Source: Anaerolineaceae bacterium
GTDB taxonomy: Bacteria; Chloroflexota; Anaerolineae; Anaerolineales; Anaerolineaceae
Length of the DNA stretch: 64,000 bases
Reading direction: 5' to 3'
Assembly: GCA_036746315.1 (NCBI GenBank)
Contig: DAIOEK010000007.1
Coordinates: 19,759-83,758, forward strand
Shown here piece after piece: positions 53,766-63,236 of the stretch. The notes under the pieces are model-generated. The model did no database searches and was not told where the DNA came from. It was given only the letters and a program-made list of their open reading frames with translations. Positions within the stretch are counted from its first letter, which is position 1. Each line of letters opens with the position of its first letter. Position numbers and translations under genes: made by a program.

Positions 53766-55259
53766 TTGGAAAAGACGGATCGAAAACCCATCGTCATTCT
53801 GATCATTCTGTTGCTGGCGGGCATCCTCCGGCTGCTTTTTGCATCTGCGCGGGGGATCTGGTACGACGATGCTTTCAGCATTTTGCTCTCCGAACAGGGG
53901 CTGGGGAATATCATCCGTGGAACCGCGGCGGATACCATGCCGCCATTCTATTACTTTTTGCTGCATTTCTGGATGCTGCTTTCACCGGGCATCCTTTTCA
54001 TCCGGCTGCTGAACATCCTGCTCAGCCTGGTGGTGGTCTGCCTTGTTTACCGCATGGGAGTGGAGATCGCCGGACAGTCTGCCGGGTGGATAGCCGCCGG
54101 TCTGACGGCCGTGGCGCCGCTGCAGATCTATCACGCGCAGGAAGTGCGCATGTACGTTCTGCTGGAGCTGTTCCTGGTGGTCTACGCCTGGATGTGCCTC
54201 CGTTTGTTCAGCCAGCCGCAAAAACAGACCTGGAGCTGGGGGATGCTGGTGCTGGCAGGCGCCGGGGCGTTTTACAGCCACAATCTGGCGATATTCACCC
54301 TGGCGGTTCCCGACCTGATATTGCTGGTTCAACGCAAATGGCGTCTCCTGCTGCAACTGGTTGCCGCGCAGTTCATCATGCTGGTGCTGTTCCTGCCCTG
54401 GTTGTTCTTCGTCCCCGGGCAGATTGAAAAGATCCAGACCGCCTTTTGGACGCCCCGTCCGGGACTGGTGGAGATCGTCCAATCGGTTGGCAACCTGTAC
54501 GGATATCTTCCGCAGCCGGTGATCGTGACTGCGCTGATTCTGATCCTTGCCGTCCAGGCACTGGGATTGCTCGGTTTGCAGCTCTGGCGCAACCGCTCCG
54601 CTGAGATGGCCCTGCCCCTGCTGGGATGGATCGTCCTCCCGCCGCTGCTGCTCTTTGCGGCATCTTACCTGATGCGACCGGTGTACGTGCCGAGGGCGTT
54701 TATCGCCAGCGGTATTTTTGTGTATCTTCTGGCAGGATTTTTATCAGCCCGCATCCTGGCTGCCGTTCCCCGGCGGAACATTTTCCAGGCGTTGGTTGTT
54801 CCCATCCTCTTTGCCCTGTCGGCTGTGGTTTCCCTGCCCGGTATGTATTCGTTCGATACTTTTCCGCGTTCACCCTTTCGACAGGCGGCGGAAACGCTGG
54901 TTGGTCAATGCGACCCCGCGGATTGTATGGTGGTGCACGACAACAAGCTCAGTTACTTCCCGATGGCGATCTATCAACCACATCTATCGCAGGCATATCT
55001 GCCCGACGAACCGGGAACGCATAATGACACACTGGCAAAAGCCAGTCAGGTGGCAATCGGGCGTTTGGCATCCGAAACGGCGCTGGCGGCAGCGGATAAC
55101 AGGCGCGAGGTTTATCTGGTCATCTTCGAGCGTGCCATCGGTGAGTACCAGGCGCTTGGTTTGGAAACTGCACCCTCGTTGGGGGTGTTGAAAACAGCAT
55201 ATACTTTGCTGGGGCAATCTACCATGGGAGATCTGGTGATCTACCACTTCGGAAAATGA
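53766..55259 (+). CDS. GT-C-fold glycosyltransferase (GT39/PMT_2-like), TTG start
   Basis: ILRLLFASARGIWYDDAFSILLSEQG...PPFYYFLLHFW has a PMT_2-like N-terminus. Polytopic with a soluble C-terminal domain. Confidence 0.6.
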   Translation: MEKTDRKPIVILIILLLAGILRLLFASARGIWYDDAFSILLSEQGLGNIIRGTAADTMPPFYYFLLHFWMLLSPGILFIRLLNILLSLVVVCLVYRMGVEIAGQSAGWIAAGLTAVAPLQIYHAQEVRMYVLLELFLVVYAWMCLRLFSQPQKQTWSWGMLVLAGAGAFYSHNLAIFTLAVPDLILLVQRKWRLLLQLVAAQFIMLVLFLPWLFFVPGQIEKIQTAFWTPRPGLVEIVQSVGNLYGYLPQPVIVTALILILAVQALGLLGLQLWRNRSAEMALPLLGWIVLPPLLLFAASYLMRPVYVPRAFIASGIFVYLLAGFLSARILAAVPRRNIFQALVVPILFALSAVVSLPGMYSFDTFPRSPFRQAAETLVGQCDPADCMVVHDNKLSYFPMAIYQPHLSQAYLPDEPGTHNDTLAKASQVAIGRLASETALAAADNRREVYLVIFERAIGEYQALGLETAPSLGVLKTAYTLLGQSTMGDLVIYHFGK

Positions 55260-56845
55260 AAAAGACTGCGATTGTGCTGTTCGTACTGGGCGTGATCTGG
55301 GGCGGTATTTTGCTGTGGCTGAAACCATATACCGGCTATATGGATGCGGATTATTATTATTCACTGGGGCGGAATCTGTTCCTAGGCAGGGGCTTTGTTG
55401 ATTTCCAATTATGGAATTATTTGTCCGATCCAGGCGGACTGCCCGCACCTGCCGCCGCGTACTGGATGCCGGCGGCTGCAATTTTCTCCTGGCTCGGCAT
55501 GCTGATCGCCGGCAGCGATTCCCTGCTGGCAGCCCGGCTGCCGTTTGTCTTGTTATTTGCGCTTTCATCCGTGGCGGTCGCGGGGGTTAGCTTCGCGATA
55601 TTCAAGAACCGCATCTATGCCCTGACCAGTGGTTGCCTGGTGCTGCTTTCCGGCTACTACCTGAAGTTCGTCACCGAACCGGATGGCTTCGCCCTGCTCT
55701 TCCTCTGCGGTGCGATCATCGCCTACCTGATCCACCAGCGATCCAGCCTCCAACCCATATTGCTGGCGGTGGGATTGGGCATTATCAGCGGCGTCATCCA
55801 GATGACCCGTGCGGATGGGTTGATCTGGTTTGCGCTGTGCGGGCTTTTCCTGCTGTTCCATCTGGCAGCCCTGCGCCGGGTGGGCAGCGATAATTCGGTT
55901 ATGCCATTGGTTCGCGGTTTGCTGGTCTTTGCTGCCGGACATCTGCTGGTCAGCGGAGGGTGGTATCTGCGTAATCTGCATGTATACGGCAGCCTGTTCC
56001 CGCCCGGCGGCGTAGGCGGATTATGGCTGACCCGCTATGAAGACCTCTTCCTGTATCCGCCGCAGCAGTTGAACCTGGCGCACTGGATGTCCGTTGGATG
56101 GGCTGGGATCATTTTTGACCGGTTGAAATCGCTGGGCTTGAATCTGCTCTCGCTGGTTGCGGTGGGCGGGCTCTTGTTCCTGGCGCCGGGGATCTATGCC
56201 GGGGTGAGGCATTTTCCCGATCGAGTGCAGCGCATTTACTGGCTGACCGGATTGGGAGCCGTGCTGGTGATGATGTCGCTGGTTTTCCCTTATGCCGGTT
56301 CACGCGGCGGATTTTTGCACTCCCTGGCGATCATCCAGCCATTCCTGTGGATCGTCGCCCCATCCGGTTTGTCGCACCTCGTACAGGGTCGGCAGACAAG
56401 GCAGCCCCGTCCGGGGTATTCGCAGGTGCAGGTCTGTGCCGGGATGATCGTCATTGTGACCGCTGCCAGTTTCTTCCTGGTCTGGAACGAAACCCGTCAG
56501 CCGGCAGCCATCACACAGGCAAATCTCTGGCAGGAATATCGAACGGTGGACCAATACCTGCAAAAGATGGGTGCACCGGATGGCGCCGGGGTGATGGTCG
56601 CCAATCCACCGGCTTATTATGCGGCAACCATGCGCCCGGCGGTAATGCTCCCCACCGGAGACCCGCGGGAAATCTATCCCATCGGCAGGCTGTTTGAAGT
56701 TCAATACGTCATTCTCGATGCCAACCCTGCGCAGGCTTACCAGTCCCTGTGGAACGGATTGCAGGAGGGCTCGCTCCCCGCGCAGCCGTTGGGGCAGGCA
56801 GCCGGTATGCAGATATTCCAATTCGATGCGGAAGAGATGCCATGA
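55256..56845 (+). CDS. Polytopic membrane protein, GT-C-like
   Basis: ATGA start/stop overlap with the previous gene. YMDADYYYSLGRN lies after TM1. Multi-TM with a soluble C-terminus. Confidence 0.5.
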   Translation: MKKTAIVLFVLGVIWGGILLWLKPYTGYMDADYYYSLGRNLFLGRGFVDFQLWNYLSDPGGLPAPAAAYWMPAAAIFSWLGMLIAGSDSLLAARLPFVLLFALSSVAVAGVSFAIFKNRIYALTSGCLVLLSGYYLKFVTEPDGFALLFLCGAIIAYLIHQRSSLQPILLAVGLGIISGVIQMTRADGLIWFALCGLFLLFHLAALRRVGSDNSVMPLVRGLLVFAAGHLLVSGGWYLRNLHVYGSLFPPGGVGGLWLTRYEDLFLYPPQQLNLAHWMSVGWAGIIFDRLKSLGLNLLSLVAVGGLLFLAPGIYAGVRHFPDRVQRIYWLTGLGAVLVMMSLVFPYAGSRGGFLHSLAIIQPFLWIVAPSGLSHLVQGRQTRQPRPGYSQVQVCAGMIVIVTAASFFLVWNETRQPAAITQANLWQEYRTVDQYLQKMGAPDGAGVMVANPPAYYAATMRPAVMLPTGDPREIYPIGRLFEVQYVILDANPAQAYQSLWNGLQEGSLPAQPLGQAAGMQIFQFDAEEMP

Positions 56846-58278
56846 AGCATTGGAAAGCCTTGCTGATCATTTTTGTAGCCGCCGCTATGCTGGCGTTGGG
56901 TTACCTGCTTTCCAGTTCGCGGCAATACCGTGTTGGTTTTCCCCTGGATGATGCCTGGATTCATCAAACGTTCGCGCGCAACCTGGCGGAACATGGCGAT
57001 TGGGATTACAACCCCGGTGAGCCGTCCGCCGGTTCCACCTCGCCGTTTTGGACCCTGCTGCTGGCTGTTGGCTGCCGCCTGGGGATCGACCATCTGGTCT
57101 GGGCATACCTGCTGGGGGTGATGGCGCTGTCTGCCACGGGATACACGGCTTACCGCTACCTGTGCTCCTGTGGGATGGGTATGTGGCGCAGCCTGATCAT
57201 CTCCGGGTTGATCTTTGCCGAGTGGCATCTGGTCTGGTCACAGGTCTCGGGGATGGAAATCCTGCTGCTGGTGTTGCTGGCGTTGCTTGTGACCGTGGAG
57301 GCGCTGCGCGGGCATCCGCGTTGGTGGCTGTTGGGGTTGTTGCTCGGTGTGGCTGTGTGGACCAGACCGGATGGCATTACCCTGCTGGCGCCGGTATTAT
57401 GGGTTTGGTTCTTGGATCATCGAGCCGACCGTCCGTTGAAAAGTCTGGCGGCGTTGCTGCTTCCGGTGACCGTCTTCACTGGTTTGTATCTCTATCTGAA
57501 TAATCATTTATCCGGTGGGCTGCTGCCCAATACTTTTTCCGCCAAACAGCAGGAGTACCTGGCGTTGCTTTCGCAGCCCTTCCCGGGGCGTACCTGGAAC
57601 ATGCTCAAAACCATCCTCGCCGGACCGGGCATCCTCTGGCTGCCTGGCTTTCTGGCTGGCATGGTGCTTTCCATTCAGCGGAGGAAAATATCCGCCCTGG
57701 CGCCCTATTTGTGGGTCGCCGGATACATCTTCATGTATGCGGTTCGTCTGCCGGTCAGTTACCAGCATGCACGCTATTTGATGCCGGTGCTGGCGGTGTT
57801 CATGCTCTTTTCCGTGCAGCCGCTCATTGACCTGTCCCGGCGCATCAAAGCCGGAAACACGCAGTTCATTGTCAGCCGGGTATATGCGGTCACCCTTATT
57901 CTGGTGACGCTGCTGTTCCTGGCGATCGGCGCAGGGGCATATGCCCGCGATACGGCGATCATCGAGCAGGAGATGGTCGATACCGCTGTCTGGATCGATG
58001 CCAACACGCCTGCCGATACCCTGATCGCAGCGCACGATATCGGTGCGCTGGGGTATTTCGGCAACCGCAGGATTCTAGACCTGGCTGGGTTGGTCACCCC
58101 GCAGGTCATCCCCTTCATCCGTGACAGCGAACAGCTTTCATCCTATATCCGGGAGCAAGACGCAGACTATCTGGTCATATTCCCGAATTGGTATACGCCG
58201 CCGTTGAGCGTGAACGGGAAGGTGGTTTATCCATCCGGTGAGATCGGCAACCACATGCAGGTCATCAAACTCGAATGA
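56842..58278 (+). CDS. Polytopic membrane protein, GT-C-like
   Basis: ATGA overlap with the previous gene (start MKHWKALLIIF...). FPLDDAWIHQTFARN lies after TM1. Confidence 0.5.
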   Translation: MKHWKALLIIFVAAAMLALGYLLSSSRQYRVGFPLDDAWIHQTFARNLAEHGDWDYNPGEPSAGSTSPFWTLLLAVGCRLGIDHLVWAYLLGVMALSATGYTAYRYLCSCGMGMWRSLIISGLIFAEWHLVWSQVSGMEILLLVLLALLVTVEALRGHPRWWLLGLLLGVAVWTRPDGITLLAPVLWVWFLDHRADRPLKSLAALLLPVTVFTGLYLYLNNHLSGGLLPNTFSAKQQEYLALLSQPFPGRTWNMLKTILAGPGILWLPGFLAGMVLSIQRRKISALAPYLWVAGYIFMYAVRLPVSYQHARYLMPVLAVFMLFSVQPLIDLSRRIKAGNTQFIVSRVYAVTLILVTLLFLAIGAGAYARDTAIIEQEMVDTAVWIDANTPADTLIAAHDIGALGYFGNRRILDLAGLVTPQVIPFIRDSEQLSSYIREQDADYLVIFPNWYTPPLSVNGKVVYPSGEIGNHMQVIKLE

Positions 58279-58376
58279 TTATGCAGGTTGTCTATAACAT
58301 TTGTTAAGAATTGGGTATAATTTATGGGATAGATATTTGAGCGGTCGCCTTGAAGACCAGAGCCAGGAGCGGGACA

Positions 58377-59447
58377 ATGATGCTGAAAAATGCAAATGAT
58401 CAAGCCAATCCAGTGGATGAGTTTCAGAGCGAGATCAATACGGAATTCGAACAGACCAACCGGTCCATCCGGGAGATCAATGTTCTGCTCGAACAGAGCC
58501 AGGCCGAATTGAATCGCATCACCCAGAAAAACACCGCCATTACCGCCCAGCTTCAACAGGCTCAGGCTTCCATGGAATCGCTTCCGCGGCAGGAAATCCG
58601 CTCCATGTATGATTCCGCTCTGGATGCCCAGCAGCGCCTGCTGGTGATGCGCGGTCAGATCGAGAAGCTTCAGGCTGACCAGCTTTCCCTCAAAAAATAT
58701 TTGAGCTTTCTGGATAGGACCAAGCGGATGCTCGAGGGCGGGAATATTAAGAAGACAAGTAAAAGTGGGAGCGCTGCTGAAACCGTCCAGATGCTGATCA
58801 ACGCCCAGGAGGTGGAACGTAAACGCCTTTCCCGCCAGATGCACGATGGACCCGCCCAGGCAATGTCTAATTTTATTCTGCAAACTGAAATTGCCATGCG
58901 GCTGTTCGATGTGGATCAAAATCGTGCCAAGGATGAGTTAACCAACCTGAAGAATTCAGCCATGATGACCTTTCAGAAGGTGCGCAATTTCATCTTCGAA
59001 CTCGCCCCCATGATGCTGGACGATCTGGGTCTGGTGCCTACGGTGAAGCGGTTCGTTGATTCATACAAAGAGCAGACCGGGCTGGACGTGGACCTGGTCA
59101 TCACCGGGTCTGAATTGCGCATGGCGAATTACCTTGAGGTGATGATCTTCCGCTCACTACAGGAATTGCTGAATAATGCCGCCCGGCACAGCCAGGCCAG
59201 CAAAGTGAAAGTGTCGCTCAATATCGATAACGATACCATCCGGGTAAGTGTGGATGATAACGGCAAGGGGTTCCCGGTTGAGGAATTGGAAGCCGATGCC
59301 AATTGGGGCATCAAGCTCACCCGGGAGAGAGTTGAGATGATTGGCGGACGTACCGAGATTGACAGCGTTCCCAATCAGGGAACCCGGATTACATTTGAAA
59401 TGCCAATGGTAAAGGCTGCTGAACCTGCTGCTACTGCTGCCGCCTGA
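58377..59447 (+). CDS. Cytoplasmic HisKA_3-type sensor histidine kinase (DegS/NarX-like), no adjacent response regulator
   Basis: Coiled-coil N-terminus. H-box [18 protein letters not shown]-box [12 protein letters not shown], and G-boxes DDNGKGF and [14 protein letters not shown]. Confidence 0.85.
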   Translation: MMLKNANDQANPVDEFQSEINTEFEQTNRSIREINVLLEQSQAELNRITQKNTAITAQLQQAQASMESLPRQEIRSMYDSALDAQQRLLVMRGQIEKLQADQLSLKKYLSFLDRTKRMLEGGNIKKTSKSGSAAETVQMLINAQEVERKRLSRQMHDGPAQAMSNFILQTEIAMRLFDVDQNRAKDELTNLKNSAMMTFQKVRNFIFELAPMMLDDLGLVPTVKRFVDSYKEQTGLDVDLVITGSELRMANYLEVMIFRSLQELLNNAARHSQASKVKVSLNIDNDTIRVSVDDNGKGFPVEELEADANWGIKLTRERVEMIGGRTEIDSVPNQGTRITFEMPMVKAAEPAATAAA

Positions 59448-59484
59448 TCCGTTTTGCACTTATTCTTTTTCAGGAGATTCATAT

Positions 59485-60654
59485 ATGTCGAAGACAATTG
59501 GTATTCTTACCGGTGGGGGAGATGTGCCTGGCCTCAATCCCTGCATGAAAAGTGTTGTATTGAATTGCATCGAGTCAGGGTATCGGGTGTTGGGCATACG
59601 CCGCGGATGGGCTGGTTTGCTGATGTACAACCTGGATGAACCATCCACCCATGATTACTATATCCGCCCGCTGGATCGGGAAGATGTGCGTACTATTGAT
59701 CGTTCCGGTGGTACGTTTTTACACACCTCCCGTACCAATCCGCAGAATGTGAAACCGGGTAGGGCGCCTGACTTTTTGAAGAATTCCAGTTACGGCAAAG
59801 TAGTTGGGGAAGATGGTACCCTGGATTACACATCTTATGTACTCAAGGTCATCGATCACCTCGGCATCGATTACCTGGTGACCATTGGCGGTGACGACAC
59901 CCTCAGCTATACCGCCCGCCTGCATAAGGAAAATTTCCCGGTGGTTGCCATCCCCAAGACGATGGATAACGATGTCTACGGCACCGATTACTGCATCGGT
60001 TTTTCGACTGCGGTAACCCGCTCGGTTGAATTTATCACCAACATGCGTACCTCCATCGGTTCGCATGAACGCATTGGCGTGGTCGAGCTGTTCGGTCGGA
60101 ACTCGGGCGAAACAAGTTTGATCTCAGCCTACCTGGGTTATGTAGACCGGGCCATCATTCCTGAAATCCCCTTCGATGCGGAAAGATTGTGCAATTACCT
60201 GATGGAAGATAAACGCAACAATCCATCCAATTACGCCATTATGACGATCTCTGAAGGCGCCATCATGCAGGGTGGCGAGGTGGTGGAAGGCGGAGAAGCC
60301 GATGCCTACGGTCACAAGAAGCTGGGCGGTGTCGGTCAGATGCTTTCGGATGAGATCAAACGCCGCACCGGTCAGGATATCATGTACCAGCAGATCGGTT
60401 ATCTGATGCGCTCGGGCGCCCCGGATTCCCTCGACCGCATGGTGGCAATGTCTTTTGGCAACCTGGCAAGCCAGCTGATTCGCCGCGGCGAAACCGGCAA
60501 GATGATCGCCCTGCACGGCGGGAAGTACACTACCGTCCCCGTGGATATTATTATGACAGGCAAAAAACGAGTGGATGTTCCCAGCTTCTATGATGCTGAG
60601 CATTATCTGCCGAGAGTGAAAGACTTCATGGGCGTTCCCATGTTCTTGAGCTAA
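59485..60654 (+). CDS. pfk: 6-phosphofructokinase with PPi-dependent-type signature residues
   Basis: [31 protein letters not shown] and IGYLMRSG are present. Confidence 0.88.
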   Translation: MSKTIGILTGGGDVPGLNPCMKSVVLNCIESGYRVLGIRRGWAGLLMYNLDEPSTHDYYIRPLDREDVRTIDRSGGTFLHTSRTNPQNVKPGRAPDFLKNSSYGKVVGEDGTLDYTSYVLKVIDHLGIDYLVTIGGDDTLSYTARLHKENFPVVAIPKTMDNDVYGTDYCIGFSTAVTRSVEFITNMRTSIGSHERIGVVELFGRNSGETSLISAYLGYVDRAIIPEIPFDAERLCNYLMEDKRNNPSNYAIMTISEGAIMQGGEVVEGGEADAYGHKKLGGVGQMLSDEIKRRTGQDIMYQQIGYLMRSGAPDSLDRMVAMSFGNLASQLIRRGETGKMIALHGGKYTTVPVDIIMTGKKRVDVPSFYDAEHYLPRVKDFMGVPMFLS

Positions 60655-60675
60655 TCCTATTCAGGAGTGATGATT

Positions 60676-62097
60676 ATGAATCAACAGATCGTAAACGAAG
60701 TGCTTCAGGCGGTGGATAATTCCATCTCCTATCAGGACGGAAAAGTCACAGTTAATGACGAAAAAGTATTCCGCTCCAAGGTAAACCGGCTGGCGGAGAT
60801 CTCCGCCCTCGATGGTGGAGAAAAAGCCGGCTGGGCGCGCTATTTCGTCCGCGCGGGTGCGCAGGCGATTGGTGTGTATCCGGCGTCCATTCATGAACTG
60901 TACATGGCGCGGGGCAGGGAGAGCATCAAGGAACATTTTACCGTTCCGGCGATGAACCTGCGGGTGTTGTCTTTTGAAGCTGCCAAGGCTGTCTTTCGTG
61001 CGGCGGAGAAGATCAACGCCGGCGCCATGATCTTTGAGATCGCCCGTTCCGAGATGAACTACACCGACCAGCGTCCGGCAGAGTACACCACCTCCATTCT
61101 GTCTGCGGCTGTACAGGAAGGTTACACGGGTCCGGTGTTCATCCAGGGCGACCACTTCCAGGTGTCGATGAAGAAGTACAATGCCGATCCCAATACCGAG
61201 ATCGAGGCATTGAAGGCGCACATCCGTGAAGCGGTGGCGGCTGGCTTCTTGAATATCGATGTGGATACCTCCACGATGGTCGATCTTTCCAAGACGACCG
61301 TGCCCGAACAGCAGGTGCTCAATACCGAATTGTCATCCCTGCTGACCGCCTATATTCGTCAGGTGGAGCCCAAGGGCGTCACCATCTCGGTCGGTGGTGA
61401 GATCGGTGAGGTCGGTGGTCACAACTCCACCGAAGAGGAACTGTGCGCCTACCTGAGCGGTTTCCAGAAAGACCTGGCGCAGAAGGGGAAAAACTTGGTG
61501 GGGTTGAGCAAGATCAGCATCCAAACCGGTACCTCTCACGGTGGTGTGGTGCTGCCGGATGGCTCGATTGCCCAGGTATCTGTTGATTTCGATACCATGC
61601 TCAAACTCAGCCGCATGTCCCGCAAGGAGTTCGGTCTGGGCGGCGCGGTACAACATGGCGCCAGCACACTGCCGGAAAACGCCTTCGGCAAATTCGTCGA
61701 AGCCGAAGCCTGCGAGATTCACCTGGCAACCAATTTCATGAACATCTTCTTTGAACTGATCCCGCAGGGTTTGAAGAAAGAAATGTATGCCTACCTGGAT
61801 CAGAACAATGCGGCTGATCGCAAACCGGATATGACCGACGAGCAGTTCTATTACAAGTCCCGCAAGTCAGCCGTCGGTCCGTTCAAGAAACAAAGCTGGA
61901 ATCTCCCCGCTGCGGAAAAAGCCAAGATCGCGGCAGCATGGGAAGACCAGTTCACCAAGCTCTTCCACCTGCTCAACCTGAAGGATACCAAGGCGCAGGT
62001 TAACCAGTGGATCAAGCACCCCATGGTCGAAGTCAAAGCCAAAGACTTCCTCGGTGAAGAAGCCGCGGCCGAAGATGTGAAAGACCTGGCTGACTAA
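60676..62097 (+). CDS. fba: Class II fructose/ketose-bisphosphate aldolase family protein (long form)
   Basis: FTVPAMNLR...FEIARSE...PVFIQGDHFQ...TSHGG fits class II aldolase motifs. The start was chosen 8 nt after AGGAG. Confidence 0.7.
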   Translation: MNQQIVNEVLQAVDNSISYQDGKVTVNDEKVFRSKVNRLAEISALDGGEKAGWARYFVRAGAQAIGVYPASIHELYMARGRESIKEHFTVPAMNLRVLSFEAAKAVFRAAEKINAGAMIFEIARSEMNYTDQRPAEYTTSILSAAVQEGYTGPVFIQGDHFQVSMKKYNADPNTEIEALKAHIREAVAAGFLNIDVDTSTMVDLSKTTVPEQQVLNTELSSLLTAYIRQVEPKGVTISVGGEIGEVGGHNSTEEELCAYLSGFQKDLAQKGKNLVGLSKISIQTGTSHGGVVLPDGSIAQVSVDFDTMLKLSRMSRKEFGLGGAVQHGASTLPENAFGKFVEAEACEIHLATNFMNIFFELIPQGLKKEMYAYLDQNNAADRKPDMTDEQFYYKSRKSAVGPFKKQSWNLPAAEKAKIAAAWEDQFTKLFHLLNLKDTKAQVNQWIKHPMVEVKAKDFLGEEAAAEDVKDLAD

Positions 62098-62117
62098 GCC
62101 CCGATTTTATCCGTACT

Positions 62118-62156
62118 AAAGCGGTAAGCGATCCCAATCGCTTACCGCTTTATTTC
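62118..62156 (+). terminator. Intrinsic terminator after the aldolase gene
   Basis: A 15-bp stem, aaagcggtaagcgat/atcgcttaccgcttt, with loop ccca, followed by tattt. Confidence 0.8.
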
Positions 62157-62169
62157 AGGAGGATTGCCC

Positions 62170-62661
62170 ATGGAGCAGGGAGTTGATCGCGCAAAGTATT
62201 CTGTCGTTCCCCGGAATTTGATTTTTGTTTTTCATGGCGGGAATGTATTGTTGCTGCAGGGCGCCAGGGATAAACGTCTGTGGGCGGGGTTGTATAACGG
62301 TGTCGGCGGGCATCTCGAGCCGGGAGAGGATGAGCAATCAGCCGCTGTGCGGGAGCTCCATGAGGAAACCGGGATCTCCGGCGCATCTCTGCATCTGGCC
62401 GGGGTCATCCACGTGAACACCGGAGAAGACATCGGTGTGTTAATCACGGTTTATCGGGCGGATGTCCGCGATGCGCAGGTTGTATCCTCACGGGAAGGGG
62501 ACTTGCACTGGATTCCCGTGGAAAAGATTCAGGATTATCCGCTGGTCAGTGATCTGTATCCGTTGATTCCGCGGGTGGCGGTTTGGAAGCCCGGTGATGT
62601 CGTATTCAGCGGGTTATCGCAAAAAGTGGGGGATAGGTGGGTAATTCAGTTCTCCGATTGA
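62170..62661 (+). CDS. NUDIX hydrolase
   Basis: Nudix box GGHLEPGEDEQSAAVRELHEETGI. GGAGG RBS 7 nt upstream of the ATG at 62170. Confidence 0.88.
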   Translation: MEQGVDRAKYSVVPRNLIFVFHGGNVLLLQGARDKRLWAGLYNGVGGHLEPGEDEQSAAVRELHEETGISGASLHLAGVIHVNTGEDIGVLITVYRADVRDAQVVSSREGDLHWIPVEKIQDYPLVSDLYPLIPRVAVWKPGDVVFSGLSQKVGDRWVIQFSD

Positions 62662-63224
62662 GCCGGGGACTTTTTTTCATAGAAAACCAGCAACGTATTG
62701 CTGTATTTTCGCTCATCGATCACTTCAAAATGCACCAGCTCCAAGTCTTTGTATTCCCGCGGATGGATCTGAACCACGATCCAGCCATTCTCCGCCAGCC
62801 AGCCCGGATTTTCATCCAATAGCTGCATTGCCTGGATCCACATCTCCTTGTATTGCGGCGGTGCGATGTAAATGTAGTCGAATTCCTGGTCAGGTCTTCC
62901 ACGCAGCAGGGCAAAGGCGTCGCCCTTGATGACCCTGGCAAGTTCTTCCAGCCGGGTATGCGCCAGGTTCTCGCGAATGGTTTGGATGGCGTTGCGGTTG
63001 TTATCCGACAGCTTGGCAAATCTTGCGCCGCGGCTGAGTGCTTCCAGAGACACCGAACCTGTTCCGGCAAAGAGGTCCCAAATGGAAGCCTGGCAGATAT
63101 CGGAGCCGATGATATTGAACAGCGCCTCTTTTACCATGTCGGTGATCGGACGGGTTGAATCGCCCGGTACATCCTTTAATTTCATCCCTCTGGCCTTGCC
63201 GCTGATAATTCGTAATTCACCCAT
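62646..63224 (-). CDS. rsmD: 16S rRNA (guanine966-N2)-methyltransferase RsmD-like
   Basis: LRIISGKARGMKLK...TRPITDMVKEALFNII...DLFAGTGSVSLEALSRGA...IYIAPPQY. Confidence 0.85.
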   Translation of the reverse strand: MGELRIISGKARGMKLKDVPGDSTRPITDMVKEALFNIIGSDICQASIWDLFAGTGSVSLEALSRGARFAKLSDNNRNAIQTIRENLAHTRLEELARVIKGDAFALLRGRPDQEFDYIYIAPPQYKEMWIQAMQLLDENPGWLAENGWIVVQIHPREYKDLELVHFEVIDERKYSNTLLVFYEKKSPAQSEN

Positions 63225-63236
63225 GATTTTTTCGCC

